This document shows positions 1 through 12,010 of a stretch of 64,000 nt of DNA, piece by piece. Numbering within the stretch: position 1 is the stretch's first letter; each line of letters begins with the position of its first letter. The notes beneath the pieces were generated by a model. It searched no databases. It had not been told where the DNA came from and worked only from the letters and a program-made list of their open reading frames with translations. The translations under genes were made by a program, and so were the position numbers. This stretch comes from Octopus sinensis (taxonomy: Eukaryota), in NCBI RefSeq assembly GCF_006345805.1, contig NC_043016.1:15376001-15440000 (forward strand), read 5' to 3'.

Positions 1-795
1 ATTATCTATATGTAAATATATGTACATATGTGTGTGCGTATATGTATATATGTGTTTATATATACCTGTATATATACATATATGTATATACGTGTGAGTG
101 TGTGTGTATATATATATATATATATACACACACATCATCATCATCATTATTTAGCATTCATGTTTGTTCCATGTCTACATGGGCTAGGTGGTTTGACAAG
201 GTTTCAGTGAGTCAAAGAACAGCATCATGCTCCAATGTCTGCTTTGTCATGGTTTCTATAGCTGGATATTCTTCCCAATGCCAACCACTTTATGGAGTGT
301 ACTGAATGCCTTTCGCATACCCCTGGCGCTAATGAGGTCACTATGTAGTTCACAAAACATCAATCCCAATGGAAGGAAGATGTTGCCTCTGTGTGCTAGG
401 TGGGCAGGGTAAGGAATGGAAGAGAAGAGGTCGGAGTAGAGCAAGTTCATGCAGTTGAGGATCTCCATGTCTACTCACATGTAGGGGTAAGAGAGTGAGA
501 ATGAATTAGAGGTGGCACCATGGAAATAGACAGTGGTGATGAGGTTTCCAGGTTGCTCCTCGGGTAGCAGGTGTAGTAGTGCTTGGTGGAATGGTTGGGT
601 TTCTGGAGTGTGTTGGGGGAAAGAGATATGGGGAGTGGCAGAAGGAGGCAGGCAACGTCTGTAAGGATTGAAAGGAGAGGTTTACAAGTTGGGGAGATCA
701 CAGGGATAGTAACAGCATGGTTCAAGAGAAGGAGAGAGAGAGAGAGAGAGAGGACATTCGGATAGGTTACAGGAGCAGAGTAGTATGTACATATA

Positions 796-1200
796 GGGGC
801 AGGCATGGCTGTGTGGTAAGAAGCTCACTTCCCAACCATATGGTTCTGGGTTCAGTCCCACCATGTGGCACCTTTGGCAAGTGTCTTCTACTATATCCTC
901 GGGTCGACCAAAGCCTTGTGAGTGGATTTGGTAGACAGGATTTGAAAGAAGCCTATCATATATAAATGTGTATGTGTGTCATTGTGTCTGTTTGTCCCCT
1001 CCTCCCCATCACTTGACAATCAATGCTGGTGTGATTATGTCCTCGTAATCTAGCAGTTCAGCAAAAGTGACTGATAACATGTGTACTACACTTATAAAGA
1101 ATAAGTCCTCGAATCAATTTCTTTGACTAAAACCCTTTGAGGTGGTGCTCCAACATGGCCACAGTCAAATGACTGAAACAAGTAAAAAAATAAAAGAATA
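796..1200 (+). mobile_element. tRNA-derived SINE (octopus-type), near full length
   Basis: Head tggctgtgtggtaag...gggttcagtccc (A/B-box-like), central gaccaaagccttgtgagtggatttggtagac, tail gactgaaacaagtaaaa. Repeated several times in the window. Confidence 0.85.
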
Positions 1201-1206
1201 TATATA

Positions 1207-2076
1207 TATAGGTTGCAGTGAAATAAACTGTTGTCTAAATTATGCAAAAATGAAAATAACACATCTCATTTTAGCATAAAAATATCTTGAAATACTAAAG
1301 AGCAAATTTGTTTAATAAAATCGCCACTGGCTTCAACCATGGCCTCCAGACGGCTTCAGAATTTCCAGCAACTCTTCTGGATGGTCTCCTTGTTTAAGTT
1401 GGTGAATGCTGCCATAATTCTTGCCTTCAGTTCATCTTTGGGGTTACAAGGAGTTTTGTTACTCTTGATCAACTGCACCCCACACATAATAATCAAAGAG
1501 GTTGCAATCTGGGGAGTTAGGTGGCCAGGGTGATGTTGTCACAGAAATTGTCTGACAGCCATGACTGGGTTCTGTTTGTGTGGTATGGTGCAGTCCTGTT
1601 ACCCACTCTTGACCCAGGGCAGCACTTCCTCCTCCAGGCACTTGATGTAGACCTCCATGTCGAGTCTGAAGCCATGTGGGAAGATGAAAGGAGGCATAGC
1701 ATTGCCATCACTAGTGATCACTCCAAATACCACTATGTTGACTGGATGTTTGATTTTTTTCTATCACTCTCGGTACATGTCCTCAGATTGACACACAAAC
1801 ACATGTTCATCTTAGAGCTTCTGGCATGAATACCAAGCAGTACAGCTTGTCGTTTCCAAATTTCTGGTGGAGTGAATTACGTCATGGTGCTGTTTTGTTC
1901 ACAAATGGTGCCCACCTGACCCTACCATACTGTTAAAATTACGTCATGGTGCTGTTTTGCTCACAAATGGTGCCCACCTGACCCTACCATACTGTGTAGT
2001 CAACAAAATTAAAAACAACGTGCATGTGTGAAACTAAAAATATAAAATGGCAACAATTTACCCATTGCACCCTGTA
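1207..2076 (-). mobile_element. Degenerate Tc1/mariner (maT/DD37D-like) transposon, internally deleted
   Basis: Minus strand encodes WPPNSPDCNLFDYYVWGAV. TIR-like tacagggtgcaatgggtaaattgttgcc at about 2050-2076. Homologous to the 60.8-61.6 kb copy. Confidence 0.8.
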
Positions 2077-2860
2077 TGCATGTGTGTGTGTGTGTGTGTA
2101 TACATATATAAGTGTAGGTAAAAAATAAGGAGTGCATTGCATTATGCGAAAAATATTTTCAGAAGTCAGCCACATATAGTAATAAACAAATGGACAGAAA
2201 GACATAACTAATGCATTGAATGCTCCTTTCTGAATATATATATCATCATCATTGTTTATCATCTGCCTTCCATGCTAGCATGGATATCCATGTATATATT
2301 TCCTTTATTACTTCCACCTTAGTGATGGCAGGAGTATTGTTTTCAGTCGTTTGTTTATTTGTGGACAAGATATCTCAAGAACCACTGGATGGATTTGGAT
2401 GAAACTTTCAGGGATATTTGGCCTCATGACTGGCATGAACTGATTAGATTTTGAGATCAATCCAGTACTGGACAAGGATTCTGGATCATTTGTTATATTT
2501 ACTTTCCATGAAGTATTATGATCTTACTTTCACTTTCAAGTCTTTCTCTGATTATCTCCGTTGAAACCATTCACATAAGTTGTGGCAGTGTTGCTGTTTC
2601 TCTATTATTAATTGCACTCCCGCCTCTATCTTAGTAGAAACTGATGGATAAAGAAATCAAACTACATAAACAAACGGCAGCAAAACTGTTTGGAAATTAA
2701 ATAACACTAACATATTCAGTAACAATAATATATACTTAATTTATCCTCGACAATTTTTAGTTTTACCGATTTTGAATACATCATTTCTGTTTAAAACCTC
2801 TTACCTACTTGACAATTGCCTTACTAGCTCTGCCTTGAAGGAAGCTTTACTTCTTGGATT

Positions 2861-3010
2861 CACGTTTTTGTACGCAATGATGTTAAACCTCCATTAACAG
2901 CACCATATGCAGGTCCTTTCCGTTTTCTTTCATGCGTGGATAAATGTTTCACTATAGACCTTAATGGTCGTAAAGACACTATATCAGTGGACAAACTAAA
3001 AAACGGCCCT
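2861..3010 (+). mobile_element. Gypsy/Ty3 integrase C-terminal remnant
   Basis: HVFVRNDVKPPLTAPYAGPFRFLSCVDKCFTIDLNGRKDTISVDKLK resembles the Gypsy integrase C-terminus (PL.PPY.GP..V.......I...G....VS.DRLK). Confidence 0.7.
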
Positions 3011-3419
3011 GTTCCCACTGCAGATGACACACAGCATTACAAACACTGCCCGCATGGCCACCTTCACATTCCATGACTACATTTGGAATTGATCAGGTAC
3101 CGGACAAGGATTCTGGACTATTTTTCCTGTCTTTTTACTTAATTTTTGAGAACGGTCGTGTTCATTTTTAGTATTCTCGTTTGTGAGAGCAGTTGAGTTT
3201 ATTTCAGATTTTCTCATTTCAAAAATCATCTCCGGCTAATCATTGAGGGGACGTTGGTGTTGCCTTGGAGGAGGTTTGTGCTCTCTCAGTGCTCTTGTTA
3301 GTTATATTGTTGAGGTAAATTTTTTTCTTCATTATTAAATTTATATATTACCTAAGCTTTTCAGTGTATATATTTCTATTATCAGTTTGCCATTCTTTAC
3401 TTGGGAGGACCATCTATGA

Positions 3420-3648
3420 TTAACCCTTTAGCATTTAAACTAACCATATCCGGCCAAAAGTATTCTGCCTGTTTTATGCTCAAACTGGTCAGATCTTGTC
3501 TCTTACACCAACCCTACAATATCGTTTGAAAAATTAACAACTACCTCATCAAAATCTCATAACTACAAGATAATGCCTGATTAGTTCAAGGCAATGTGGA
3601 TAAAAAAGGATTAATTGTGGCAGAATAATGCGAACACTAAAAGGTTAA
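3420..3648. mobile_element. TTAA-flanked piggyBac-like MITE
   Basis: TTAA-CCCTTTAGC...CTAAAAGG-TTAA. Same family as 19601-19829 and 25269-25492, with a partial copy at about 8000-8190. Confidence 0.75.
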
Positions 3649-3781
3649 AGCATCGATGACCTTCCAACATACCTTAATTGATTATGTATTGTTCTCATTG
3701 TTGTTGTAGCTTTGTAATAATTTCAATTTCAATAAGCTTTATAAAAACAAACATTGAAATGTGAATCAAATTGTTTTTCAG

Positions 3782-3859
3782 AGTTATGAAGCCACTCGGA
3801 GTCAAACTGGTTGGCTTGAAGTGAGTTTAGAAGATGGTACAATTCTTCATTCCAAAAAG
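3782..3859 (+). CDS. SELENOW: Selenoprotein W-like (Rdx family), internal coding exon
   Basis: ttgtttttcAG acceptor (3780-3781) and GTatat donor (3860-3861). 78 nt, phase 0/0, SYEATRSQTGWLEVSLEDGTILHSKK, aligning by eye to human SELENOW [25 protein letters not shown]. Confidence 0.88.
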
Positions 3860-4588
3860 GTATATTTCAACCCTTTTCATACCAATCTGTTTGAATCTGC
3901 CCCTGACTCTCTGACCCAAATACATTTTTTATAAATGATCTAAAGTAAAATCTTCCATCAAAATCACACATTAATTTACATTTCAAACTCTGATAGCTTA
4001 ATAATGACAAATTTATTTCAATACTTTATTTTCTAAATAAATCAGAGCAAAGCAGTGAAAATCAATAGCAATATGGTAGCAAAAGAGCTCAGACTTTTTT
4101 CCTTAGCTTTCTGTTGTGGGGAAGTAGAACACCCCTATTGGTTGGCTCCTAATGGACTGTGCCACAATTATAAATGGACATATGCAGAGAGCCTTCAGCA
4201 GAGTAAAGCTGAAAGTTGCGTATTGTCGAGGGTTATTATCAGTATCTTGAGAAGAATGATTTGCGAGGCATTATTATTATCCCATTAGATCGTATGTCAA
4301 ATGTGCAATACAACACTTTCATATCTGATACATAAAGCAGATAAAAAGTGATTATATTAAAATGCTGTTGAGCAGTAAATTGATTGAAAATTTGTGATAA
4401 ATCCGTTCTGCTAGTTATATTGTTATCAGTGATCAATCATTGATTGAGATCTGATCATTCTTATCAATTGCAGTAATCAGTCAACACATTTTGGTTCTTA
4501 GAATACCTTCTTAGAGTTGAATATCTCCAATAAGTGAAATGAGAGATGTTTCACAATGTACTTATAGCTTAGATGATTCTGTAAATTT

Positions 4589-4987
4589 GAGTGGCTGTGT
4601 GATAAGTAGCTTGCTTACCAATCACATGGTTCTGGGTTCATTCCCACTGCGTGGCACCTTGGGCAAGTGTCTTCTACTATAGCCTCGGGCCGACCAAAGC
4701 CTTGTGAGTGGATTTGGTAGACGGAAACTGAAAGAAGCCCGTCGTATATATATATATATATGTGTGTGTGTGTTTGTATATGTTCGTGTTGCTGTGTTTG
4801 TCCCCCAACATCGCTTGACAACCAATGGTGGTGTGTTTACATCCCCGTAACTTAGCGGTTCGGCAAAAGAAACCAATAGAATAAGTACTAGGCTTCCAAA
4901 GAATAAGTCCTGGGGTCGATTTGTTCAACTAAAAGCGGTGCTCCAGCATGGCTGCAATCAAATGACTGAAACAAGTAAAAGTAAAAG
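4589..4987 (+). mobile_element. tRNA-derived SINE in SelW intron
   Basis: Same head, central segment and tail as 796-1200, with an internal (TA)n(TG)n tract. Confidence 0.85.
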
Positions 4988-5854
4988 TTATAAATTGGCT
5001 GTTTTATATATGTATTGAGATTGTAGTTGTAGACGATGCTGGTGCTGCATAACTGGCACCTGTGCCAATGGCACGTGTGGTTGGCATTAGGAAGGGCGTC
5101 CAGCTGTAGAAACCATGCCAGATCAGATTGGGAACTGGTGCAGCTCCCCAGCTTACCAGTTTTCAAACAAGCCGTCCAACCCATACCAGAATGGAAAGCA
5201 GACATTAAATGATGATGATGATGTTTGTGTATTACAGCCATTGTAACTCGTACTCCATTCTGAAGTGAAAATAGTTACCGTTTCATTTGAAGGGACTAAT
5301 CCAATTGGTCCTTTCTGGCAGTGTTTGAATCTATGTAAAAAAAACTTCATTTGCTTGGAAATCAATCATTTTAAATCATACAGATCCACACAAAAATAAC
5401 GACTCAAATTAATTAGTTAGGAACCAAAATTTGTGTTAGCTGTTCATTGAATTGTTAGCAGTAAAAAAGAATGACCAAAAAGTTTTTGGACGACTCATTT
5501 GGTTTATAAAAATGTTGCAGATAATTCTGAAATGATCTGATTAGTGTTGCTATAGAGAAGAAATAAAGGTTAGTTAAAATTGAGGTTATTGAAGATATAT
5601 TGTGCAGAAGACTTGTCCATTCCACCCTATACCAACATGGGGGTGGGGGAGGAAACTCCTAAAACAATGACAATACAGGTTTTTTAAATTTTTTTTATTT
5701 TAGAATTTTAACAATAATTTACTCTACACTAAATTTAAAAAAAAAAAAAACTTCAGTTGAAACAAATATTAAAATGAATTCAGTGTTTAAAGTTTATAAT
5801 GTAGATTATTTTGTATATTATTCTTATTTAGTCTATATTTTTTGTTATTTTTAG

Positions 5855-5922
5855 AATGGAGATGGTTACATCAATGAAGCAAAATATGACAAAATAGCAA
5901 GTGGTATCACGAAAGCACTTGC
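5855..5922 (+). CDS. SELENOW: Selenoprotein W-like, penultimate coding exon
   Basis: tttgttatttttAG acceptor (5853-5854) and GTGAGT donor (5923). 68 nt, phase 0/2, NGDGYINEAKYDKIASGITKAL+gc, matching SELENOW [24 protein letters not shown]. In frame with exon 3782-3859. Confidence 0.9.
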
Positions 5923-6053
5923 GTGAGTTGCTTTTTTGAAAAAGAAGTGTAAGTTGTGATTATTTAAACATTTATTGATGTGTTTTAAAATCAGTGAGAA
6001 TCGTGTAATTGTTATCCAGGAATGTAATTTAAAAAAATAAAAAGAAGTTAAAC

Positions 6054-6307
6054 CAGGGGTTCTCAACCGAATTACATTTGGCCCTTTGGGGATCCGTATA
6101 TGATTTTGCTGTTAAAATTCATCTGCAATAAATTGCTTGTACTGCTACAAGACACAAAATATTGTAACAGTCTTTTAAATACAATTCCTAATATTTGATT
6201 ATGAAAATATAATAGGTTTTCAAAACCTTGAATGACTAAGAGGGTCCACTTTAATTAAATAGGGATCAAAGGGGGTTCATATAGAACAAAATGGTTGAGA
6301 AACACTA
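6054..6307. mobile_element. hAT/Charlie-like MITE
   Basis: Termini caggggttctcaacc ... ggttgagaaacact. No clear TSD. Confidence 0.6.
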
Positions 6308-6619
6308 TGTTCATTTTAATTAATCATAAAAAGGTAAGTATTTCGGGTCTATTCCATCGGGTGTATTATAGGCAAGCTGTGGGTTTTAAAAATCAAATTT
6401 TGGGTTAAGTACCCCATATAACCACTCACAACTTATTTATTTTGGGGAATTTTCAGAAAAGATTTGCAAATTTGTGTTCTACACACAGATATTCATACAA
6501 TTATGAATAAAAACAAGTGATTTTTTTTTTTTGTGTGTGTGATTTAAGGAAGATTTAGCTGGTATTTTTAGCACATCTTACGACCACCTGATACCTTTCT
6601 TGTTTGTTTGTCACTGATG

Positions 6620-7150
6620 ATCATCATCATTTAAATGTCCGTTGTCCATGGGTTGGATGGTTTGACCAGGGCTGGAAGGCTGCACCAGACTCCAGTCTGA
6701 TTTGGCATGGTTTCTATGGCTGGATGCCTTTCCTAACGCCAACCATTCCGAGAGTGTAATGAATGCTTTTACTTTTGCTTGGCTACGTGGCTCTTCTCAA
6801 GCACGACATAATGCTAAAGGTTTCACTCATTACCTTCATGAGGCCCAACACTCGAAAGGAGTTTTCCACGTGTCGCCGGCATCAGTCACTTGTCTCCATG
6901 TGAGCCAACGCTCAAAAGGTGCTTTTTATGTCCTTCCGGTATGAGTACCAGTTACGTAACACCAGCATCAGCTACGACTACGATTTCACTTGGCTTGACC
7001 AATCTTCTCACGCACAGCACATCACCAAAGGTCTCGGTTACTAGTCATTGCCTCCGTGAGGCCCAAAGTTCAAAGATCATGCTTCACCACCTTGCCTCAT
7101 GTCTTTTTGGGTCTACCTCTTCCACAGGTTCCCTCTGCAATTAGAGATTG
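6620..7150 (-). mobile_element. RTE LINE 3' fragment (ORF end, 3' UTR and (GAT)n tail)
   Basis: Reverse complement matches the 3' end of the RTE copy at 56.2-57.4 kb, including the atcatcatc tail. Confidence 0.75.
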
Positions 7151-7639
7151 GCAGTTCTTTACTCAGATCTTTATGTAAATTATTTACTGTTACAAGCACT
7201 TTTACTACTGTCAATAATAATAATAAATGATACTATATTTTACGGTATATTCCCCCCCAAATTATGGTAAACATTAGTTGCTATTTGCATCATATGAACT
7301 AACAAATCCAATAGTTATACCATAGGACAAAAAAAAAAACAGTATTATATTGGAAAAATAATAATGTTCCATAAAAACTCTTATCTCCAAAGTTAGGGAA
7401 AAAATAATAAAAAACAAGCCATCATTAGTAATGTATGGTACATACAAACAACAATTGGGGAAAGAAAGTAGAACATGAGTCTAATTTCAATATATATAAT
7501 AATTATAACATTAGCAATAGTAATCGTGATGATGATAAATGATAATAATCTAATGTTTTTTTTTGAAAAAATAGGCTATTACAATATCGTAGCCTAGAGT
7601 TGGGTTAGGCTACATCTATGTGATCTCTGATGTATAATT

Positions 7640-7885
7640 TTGGCCGATTCGAGCATGGCTGTTGCCAGTACTGGCTGTTGCCAGTACTGCCTGTGCCGGT
7701 GGCACGTAAAAAGCACCCACTACACTCTCAGAGTGGTTGGCGTTAGGAAGGGCATCCAGCTGTAGAAACACTGCCAGATCAAGATTGGAGCCTGGTGCAG
7801 CCATCTGGTTTGCCAGCCCTCAGTCAAAATCGTCCAACCCATGCTAGCATGGAAAGTGAACGTTAAGCGATGGTGATGATGATGA
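7640..7885 (+). mobile_element. Short RTE 3'-tail element
   Basis: cacccactacactctc...gaagggcatccagctgtag...ccatgctagcatggaaag...gatgatgatg. Confidence 0.75.
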
Positions 7886-8239
7886 CAGTCATGAGTTTTG
7901 AGCCTACATTGAGTGCATTGGACCGCAGGGAGATTTTTAAAGCCATTTTTGGTAAAAAAAGGTGTGTCTTATAGGCCATCAAATACAGTAATCATGTATT
8001 ATCTCATAGCTTCTTTGTTCACATTGTTTTGAGTTAATTGTGTATTATCTAATAAATTCAAGATTTCAATGATGTGATTGTTTATTTTTAAAATGACATT
8101 GTTACAATAGGTGTGAGAGGCTTAATTGGGCCAGTTGTAACATAAAACAGTTAGAATATTTGGGCTGAATTTGACCAATTTTAATGCTAATGTGAAGTGT
8201 GATAAAAACCTACCTTTCTTTGTTTACACTTTGTTTATT

Positions 8240-8557
8240 ATTGTTATCTTTGAGGATGGTCATATTTTTTTTTACCAATTAACTACACGCACTATATACT
8301 TGGTCTTCACTTCAGATTTAATTATTATTATTTCAGTGTCCTTTGCCTGAAATCTTTGTTTCTCCTCCTGTTTTGTTTAGTCCATTCTTGGGATGTCGAG
8401 TCGTTGAAGAGGTCACAGAATGTGTGATGAAAGATTTCAGACAAAGAACACTAAAATAAGAACAAAAAAAACAAAAAAAACTGAAGACCTAGTATATAGT
8501 CCATGTGGTTAATTGGAAAAAAAAAATTAAAAAATGACCACCCCCAAATATAACAAT
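8240..8557. mobile_element. Foldback MITE / imperfect inverted repeat in the last SelW intron
   Basis: Arm 8240-8357 is the imperfect reverse complement of 8430-8557 (e.g. ctttgcctgaaatcttt / aaagatttcagacaaag; attgttatctttgaggatggtca / tgaccacccccaaatataacaat). Confidence 0.65.
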
Positions 8558-8789
8558 ATCTATTTCAACACACAATTTCACATCAAGAATCTTGCAAAAC
8601 GTTTTCATAAACCTAACTTTGTTTATTATTTGAAGCATTTTGAATTTAACCAAATCATTTCTAGATTTTATAAGAAGCCATCTTAATTCTTTCCCCATGA
8701 TTAATAATACATTTTCTAATGAATGTTTATCATGGGAAATATTTCTTATGAATTCAGTGTTTTTTACTTTATTTTGTTTTATCTTTCAG

Positions 8790-8796
8790 CAAATGA
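8790..8796 (+). CDS. SELENOW: Selenoprotein W-like, terminal exon coding part (c AAA TGA: ...ALA-K-stop)
   Basis: Strong polypyrimidine tract tttttactttattttgttttatctttcAG (AG 8788-8789). The phase-2 join gc|c AAA TGA completes the ORF at about the expected length. A SECIS-like fold and AATAAA follow within 150 nt. Confidence 0.72.
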
Positions 8797-8812
8797 CTTG
8801 GTTTTGGTTTAT

Positions 8813-8890
8813 TTGGTTGTTGCTTCATGAATAGTCATGGAAAAAACCCTTTTTGGGAATGACATGAATATGATACTTTTCAACGAACAA
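8813..8890 (+). promoter_or_regulatory. Candidate type II SECIS element in the SelW 3' UTR
   Basis: ATGA core 8827-8830 / tGAt 8871-8874 gives a U.U, G.A, A.G quartet. Helix II atagtcatg/catgaatat pairs 8 of 9. Unpaired AAAAAA 8841-8846. Apical ministem ccc-ttttt-ggg. Helix I ttggttgttg 8813-8822 / caacgaacaa 8881-8890 pairs 9 of 10 including one G.U. Folded by hand. Confidence 0.7.
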
Positions 8891-8941
8891 GTTAACCAAT
8901 GCTGACGAGTTTGAAATTCTTTGAACAACTTTTTTAAATCA

Positions 8942-8947
8942 AATAAA
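8942..8947 (+). promoter_or_regulatory. Polyadenylation signal AATAAA of the SelW transcript
   Basis: First AATAAA after the SECIS candidate, followed by T-rich sequence. Confidence 0.5.
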
Positions 8948-9876
8948 TGATGAATATTAATTATAATCTATTTTTGTTTTGTTCGTTATTTCATCTTACC
9001 TCCCCCACCATTTCTAACTGTCTGTCATTTTCCTTCTACTCTCTTAAATGAACTTATATAACCCCTCCCCTAGGCTTTTGCAGTCCTCTCTCTCTATCTT
9101 CTCTTATACCCACTTTCTTTTAAATTGAGGATACAACTTGACACTTCATCACCACCATCTTTCCTTTCCAAATTGGGTTAACCTTGTATCCGTTTTATAG
9201 CAACACACTGGTTCCTGTCCCTCAACCTCCTAGCACAAAGCCACTTCCCTCACCAATCAATTGAAGAGTCTTTGCTTTGCAAGTTACTTGGTGACCATGT
9301 CAGTATGGCATGTGGATGTTAAATGATGATGATGATAATGATGATGATGATGTGCATGTGTGGCCTGGTGGTTGGAGTTGTTGTGTTCACAATCATCAAG
9401 TTGTGGATTTGATTCCTGGTATCAGTTGTGTGTTCTATCCTTGGACAAACTACATCCTTTCACGTTAATCCAATCGAGCTCTGCTCTAACGAGTTCCAAC
9501 TCACTGTTAGTGCAGCTCCCTTCCTCCCCTCCCCTCTCTCACGCTTGCTCACTCACTCTCTCTCTCTCTCTCCTTTGCTTGGGCAAAGGTTGAAGAACAG
9601 ACAGGTTGTCTGTTTCTGTCCACAACTCTATAAGTAATGAAAGTGAAGAACATGTTACAAGTTCATTCTAGTTTGTGAATGACGGCTTAGTTATACATAC
9701 ATACATACAAACACACACACACACACACTATATATATGTGTGTGTGTGCACTCAAATCCAGTGAACAGCAATGACGATACCGGTTTGACTTTGAATCTCT
9801 TTAACAATTCAAAATAATGAGTTTAATTCCTCTTAATTCTACTTCAGTTCATCTAATATATATATTTATCATCATC

Positions 9877-10050
9877 ATCATCGTTTAACGTCCGTTTTCC
9901 GCGCTAGCACGGGTTGGACGGTTCGACTGGGGTCTGGGAAGCCAGAAGGCTGCACCAGGCTCCAGTCTGATCTGGCAGAGTTTCTACAGCTGGATGCCCT
10001 TCCTAACGCCAACCACTCTGTGAGTGTAGTGGGGGCTTTTTATGTGCCAC
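9877..10050 (-). mobile_element. Short RTE 3'-tail element
   Basis: (CAT)n-cgtttaacgtccg...ggatgcccttcctaacgccaaccactc. Confidence 0.75.
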
Positions 10051-10259
10051 CTACTTACATGCATATATATACACACACACAAACCTACATATTTTTATAC
10101 ATATGTATGTATATATACATACCTACATGTATATATATGTATATCCGTGTGTGTGTGTGGAGGAATACGAAAAAACGTTAATGAGTGCAGGTTATTTCTC
10201 TTTAATTAGAGGGGAAAAAATTTATAGACTCGGAGAGGCCTAATGAGTAAATGGGGAGA

Positions 10260-11440
10260 TCCAATTTTCTAGTAATTAGTGCTTGAAGTGGATACATTTA
10301 GAAAACACTTCTTTACAACTGTTTGATGTGCCAAGCTTCTTATAGTCCTTAAGAATTTTGGTTCTCTCCGCCATGCAGATCTTGCGATGGTCACTTCCAT
10401 TAATATAGGGGCCTGGATAATCAATTAATTTCCACCTGATGTCACACGTGGTTCTTTGGTCTGAGAGATCCCACACATGGCGAACCAGGGATGTGACAAA
10501 CCGTCTCTGGGACTCTGAAGAATGATTGGTGGTTAAGAAAACGTTTCTTGAATTAAGTACTTACAGAACCATATATTTATAAACATGGGATGTGGTCCTA
10601 TTTGTGCATTCCTGGTAACATATGGAACGGGGCTGGTCATCCCATCAGTGTTAAAGATCAATGATGGTCCTCATCTAAGGTGGTGGAACTGGGAACTTCA
10701 GATACCTCCTCCAAGTCATTTCTGGATAGGTCATTATTTCCAGGTGCAGTATTTGTACCGGTCACTCTATCTGCATCTATGTTTCGTTCACTGTCTGGGG
10801 CGGTGGTACCGAGGTCTTCAGTGACGCTCTCTGTGATGCTGGTCCCGGCTTGGTTGTTATCTCTGGACGTGGTAATTGTATTGGTGTGAGGCCTGGTTAA
10901 TCTGCTAATAATATTACCATTTGATGTGACATTACTGTTATTACGGATATTAGGTCTGGGTATCACTGTATTGTGGGTACTTGATAAAATGTTTCTTATT
11001 GTTAGGTACACAAAGGAAACTCTTAGGTTGTTCTGTTAAACAAATGCCTGTATCTATGTGTTTGTGTAAAATGTTTGTCTATTAATCTAAGGAAAATCTT
11101 GACGAGTGATAAGAGTGGAGCAAACCAAACGACATTTCTGCAGCGCTTCCTTTTCTGGGTGCTAGGGCCAGGCATGTAAAAGATGCAGTCCTTAAACCCA
11201 TCTGATGCCAGTGCCTCATTGTAGTAGGGAAAAAGTGGTGTTGAAGATATCTTGGCTCTAGGGTAGATTCAAGATCCTTTTGTTTACACCCTTCACAAAG
11301 TTCTCGAAAACTAGGGTGGTGGTGGCAGTGAAAGGCTGTGCTGATGTAAGACAGTCTCTCGTCGTATATTGATTTTCCTCAGTATGTACCTACTCTCCTG
11401 GCCAGTCTCAGACTTGGCTGGGTTGATCAAGCAGTTAGTA
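10260..11440 (-). mobile_element. Penelope-like element fragment (RT C-terminus and GIY-YIG endonuclease), degenerate
   Basis: HPP.VFENFVKGVNKRI (RT thumb) and IRWKLIDYPGPYINGSDHRKICMAE...KEVFSKCIH (GIY-YIG C-terminus). Same family as 54.6-54.95 kb. Confidence 0.75.
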
Positions 11441-11579
11441 ATAATCGATGTAAGTCAATCGTTGTTGATCAATATTTCTCCATTTTCTGTTTACTTTAAA
11501 TTTGATTCCTGATAAACTCAGGTTTATCTTTGTCAATACCTGTAATCTCTGAGCATAAGATGCTTCTTTTGGCTGTCTT

Positions 11580-12010
11580 CACCTATATACTCAGCCCGTA
11601 GTGGGAAATAAGGTAAAGGATGACTCGTCCGAGAAAATAACATTCTTCCACTGCTCTAGGGACCAATTCTATAGATTTTTACTCCACTCTAAACGCTTTG
11701 CAACATTTGTTTTCGAAAATAGTGGTTTTCTGATTGCAGCCCTTCCATGAAATCCAGCTTTGTGCAGCTCCTGGCGAACAGTTTTTGTGGAAACTGGGTT
11801 CTCGAGGTGGTCATTAAGCTCTGCAGTAATTCTGGGTGCTGTACTTGTGTGATCCTTTCGAACAATTTACGTAAGAGTCTGACGGTCCCTATCTGAAAAT
11901 TTTGGTTTTCTTCTGGAATTTTGCTTCGATGAGGAGGTTTTCCCCTCTTTCTCAAAGACTGTCATTACCTTTGAGACAGTACTTCTTGTTACACCATATT
12001 GAGCAACTGA
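11580..12010 (-). mobile_element. Tc1-type transposase pseudogene fragment
   Basis: GVTRSTVSKVMT...RKPKFSDRDR...VSTKTVRQELHKAGFHGRAAIRKPL...WKNVIFSDESSFTLF, with in-frame stops. Confidence 0.85.

Noticed and set aside
3301-3320. tattgtTGAggtaaa as the Sec codon exon of SelW
   Set aside because: It reads C-U adjacent rather than CxxU, has no acceptor, and borders a repeat.
10658-11011. 117-aa Thr/Asn/Ser-rich ORF as a host gene
   Set aside because: It lies between the RT thumb and GIY-YIG parts of a Penelope-like element and is its low-complexity linker.
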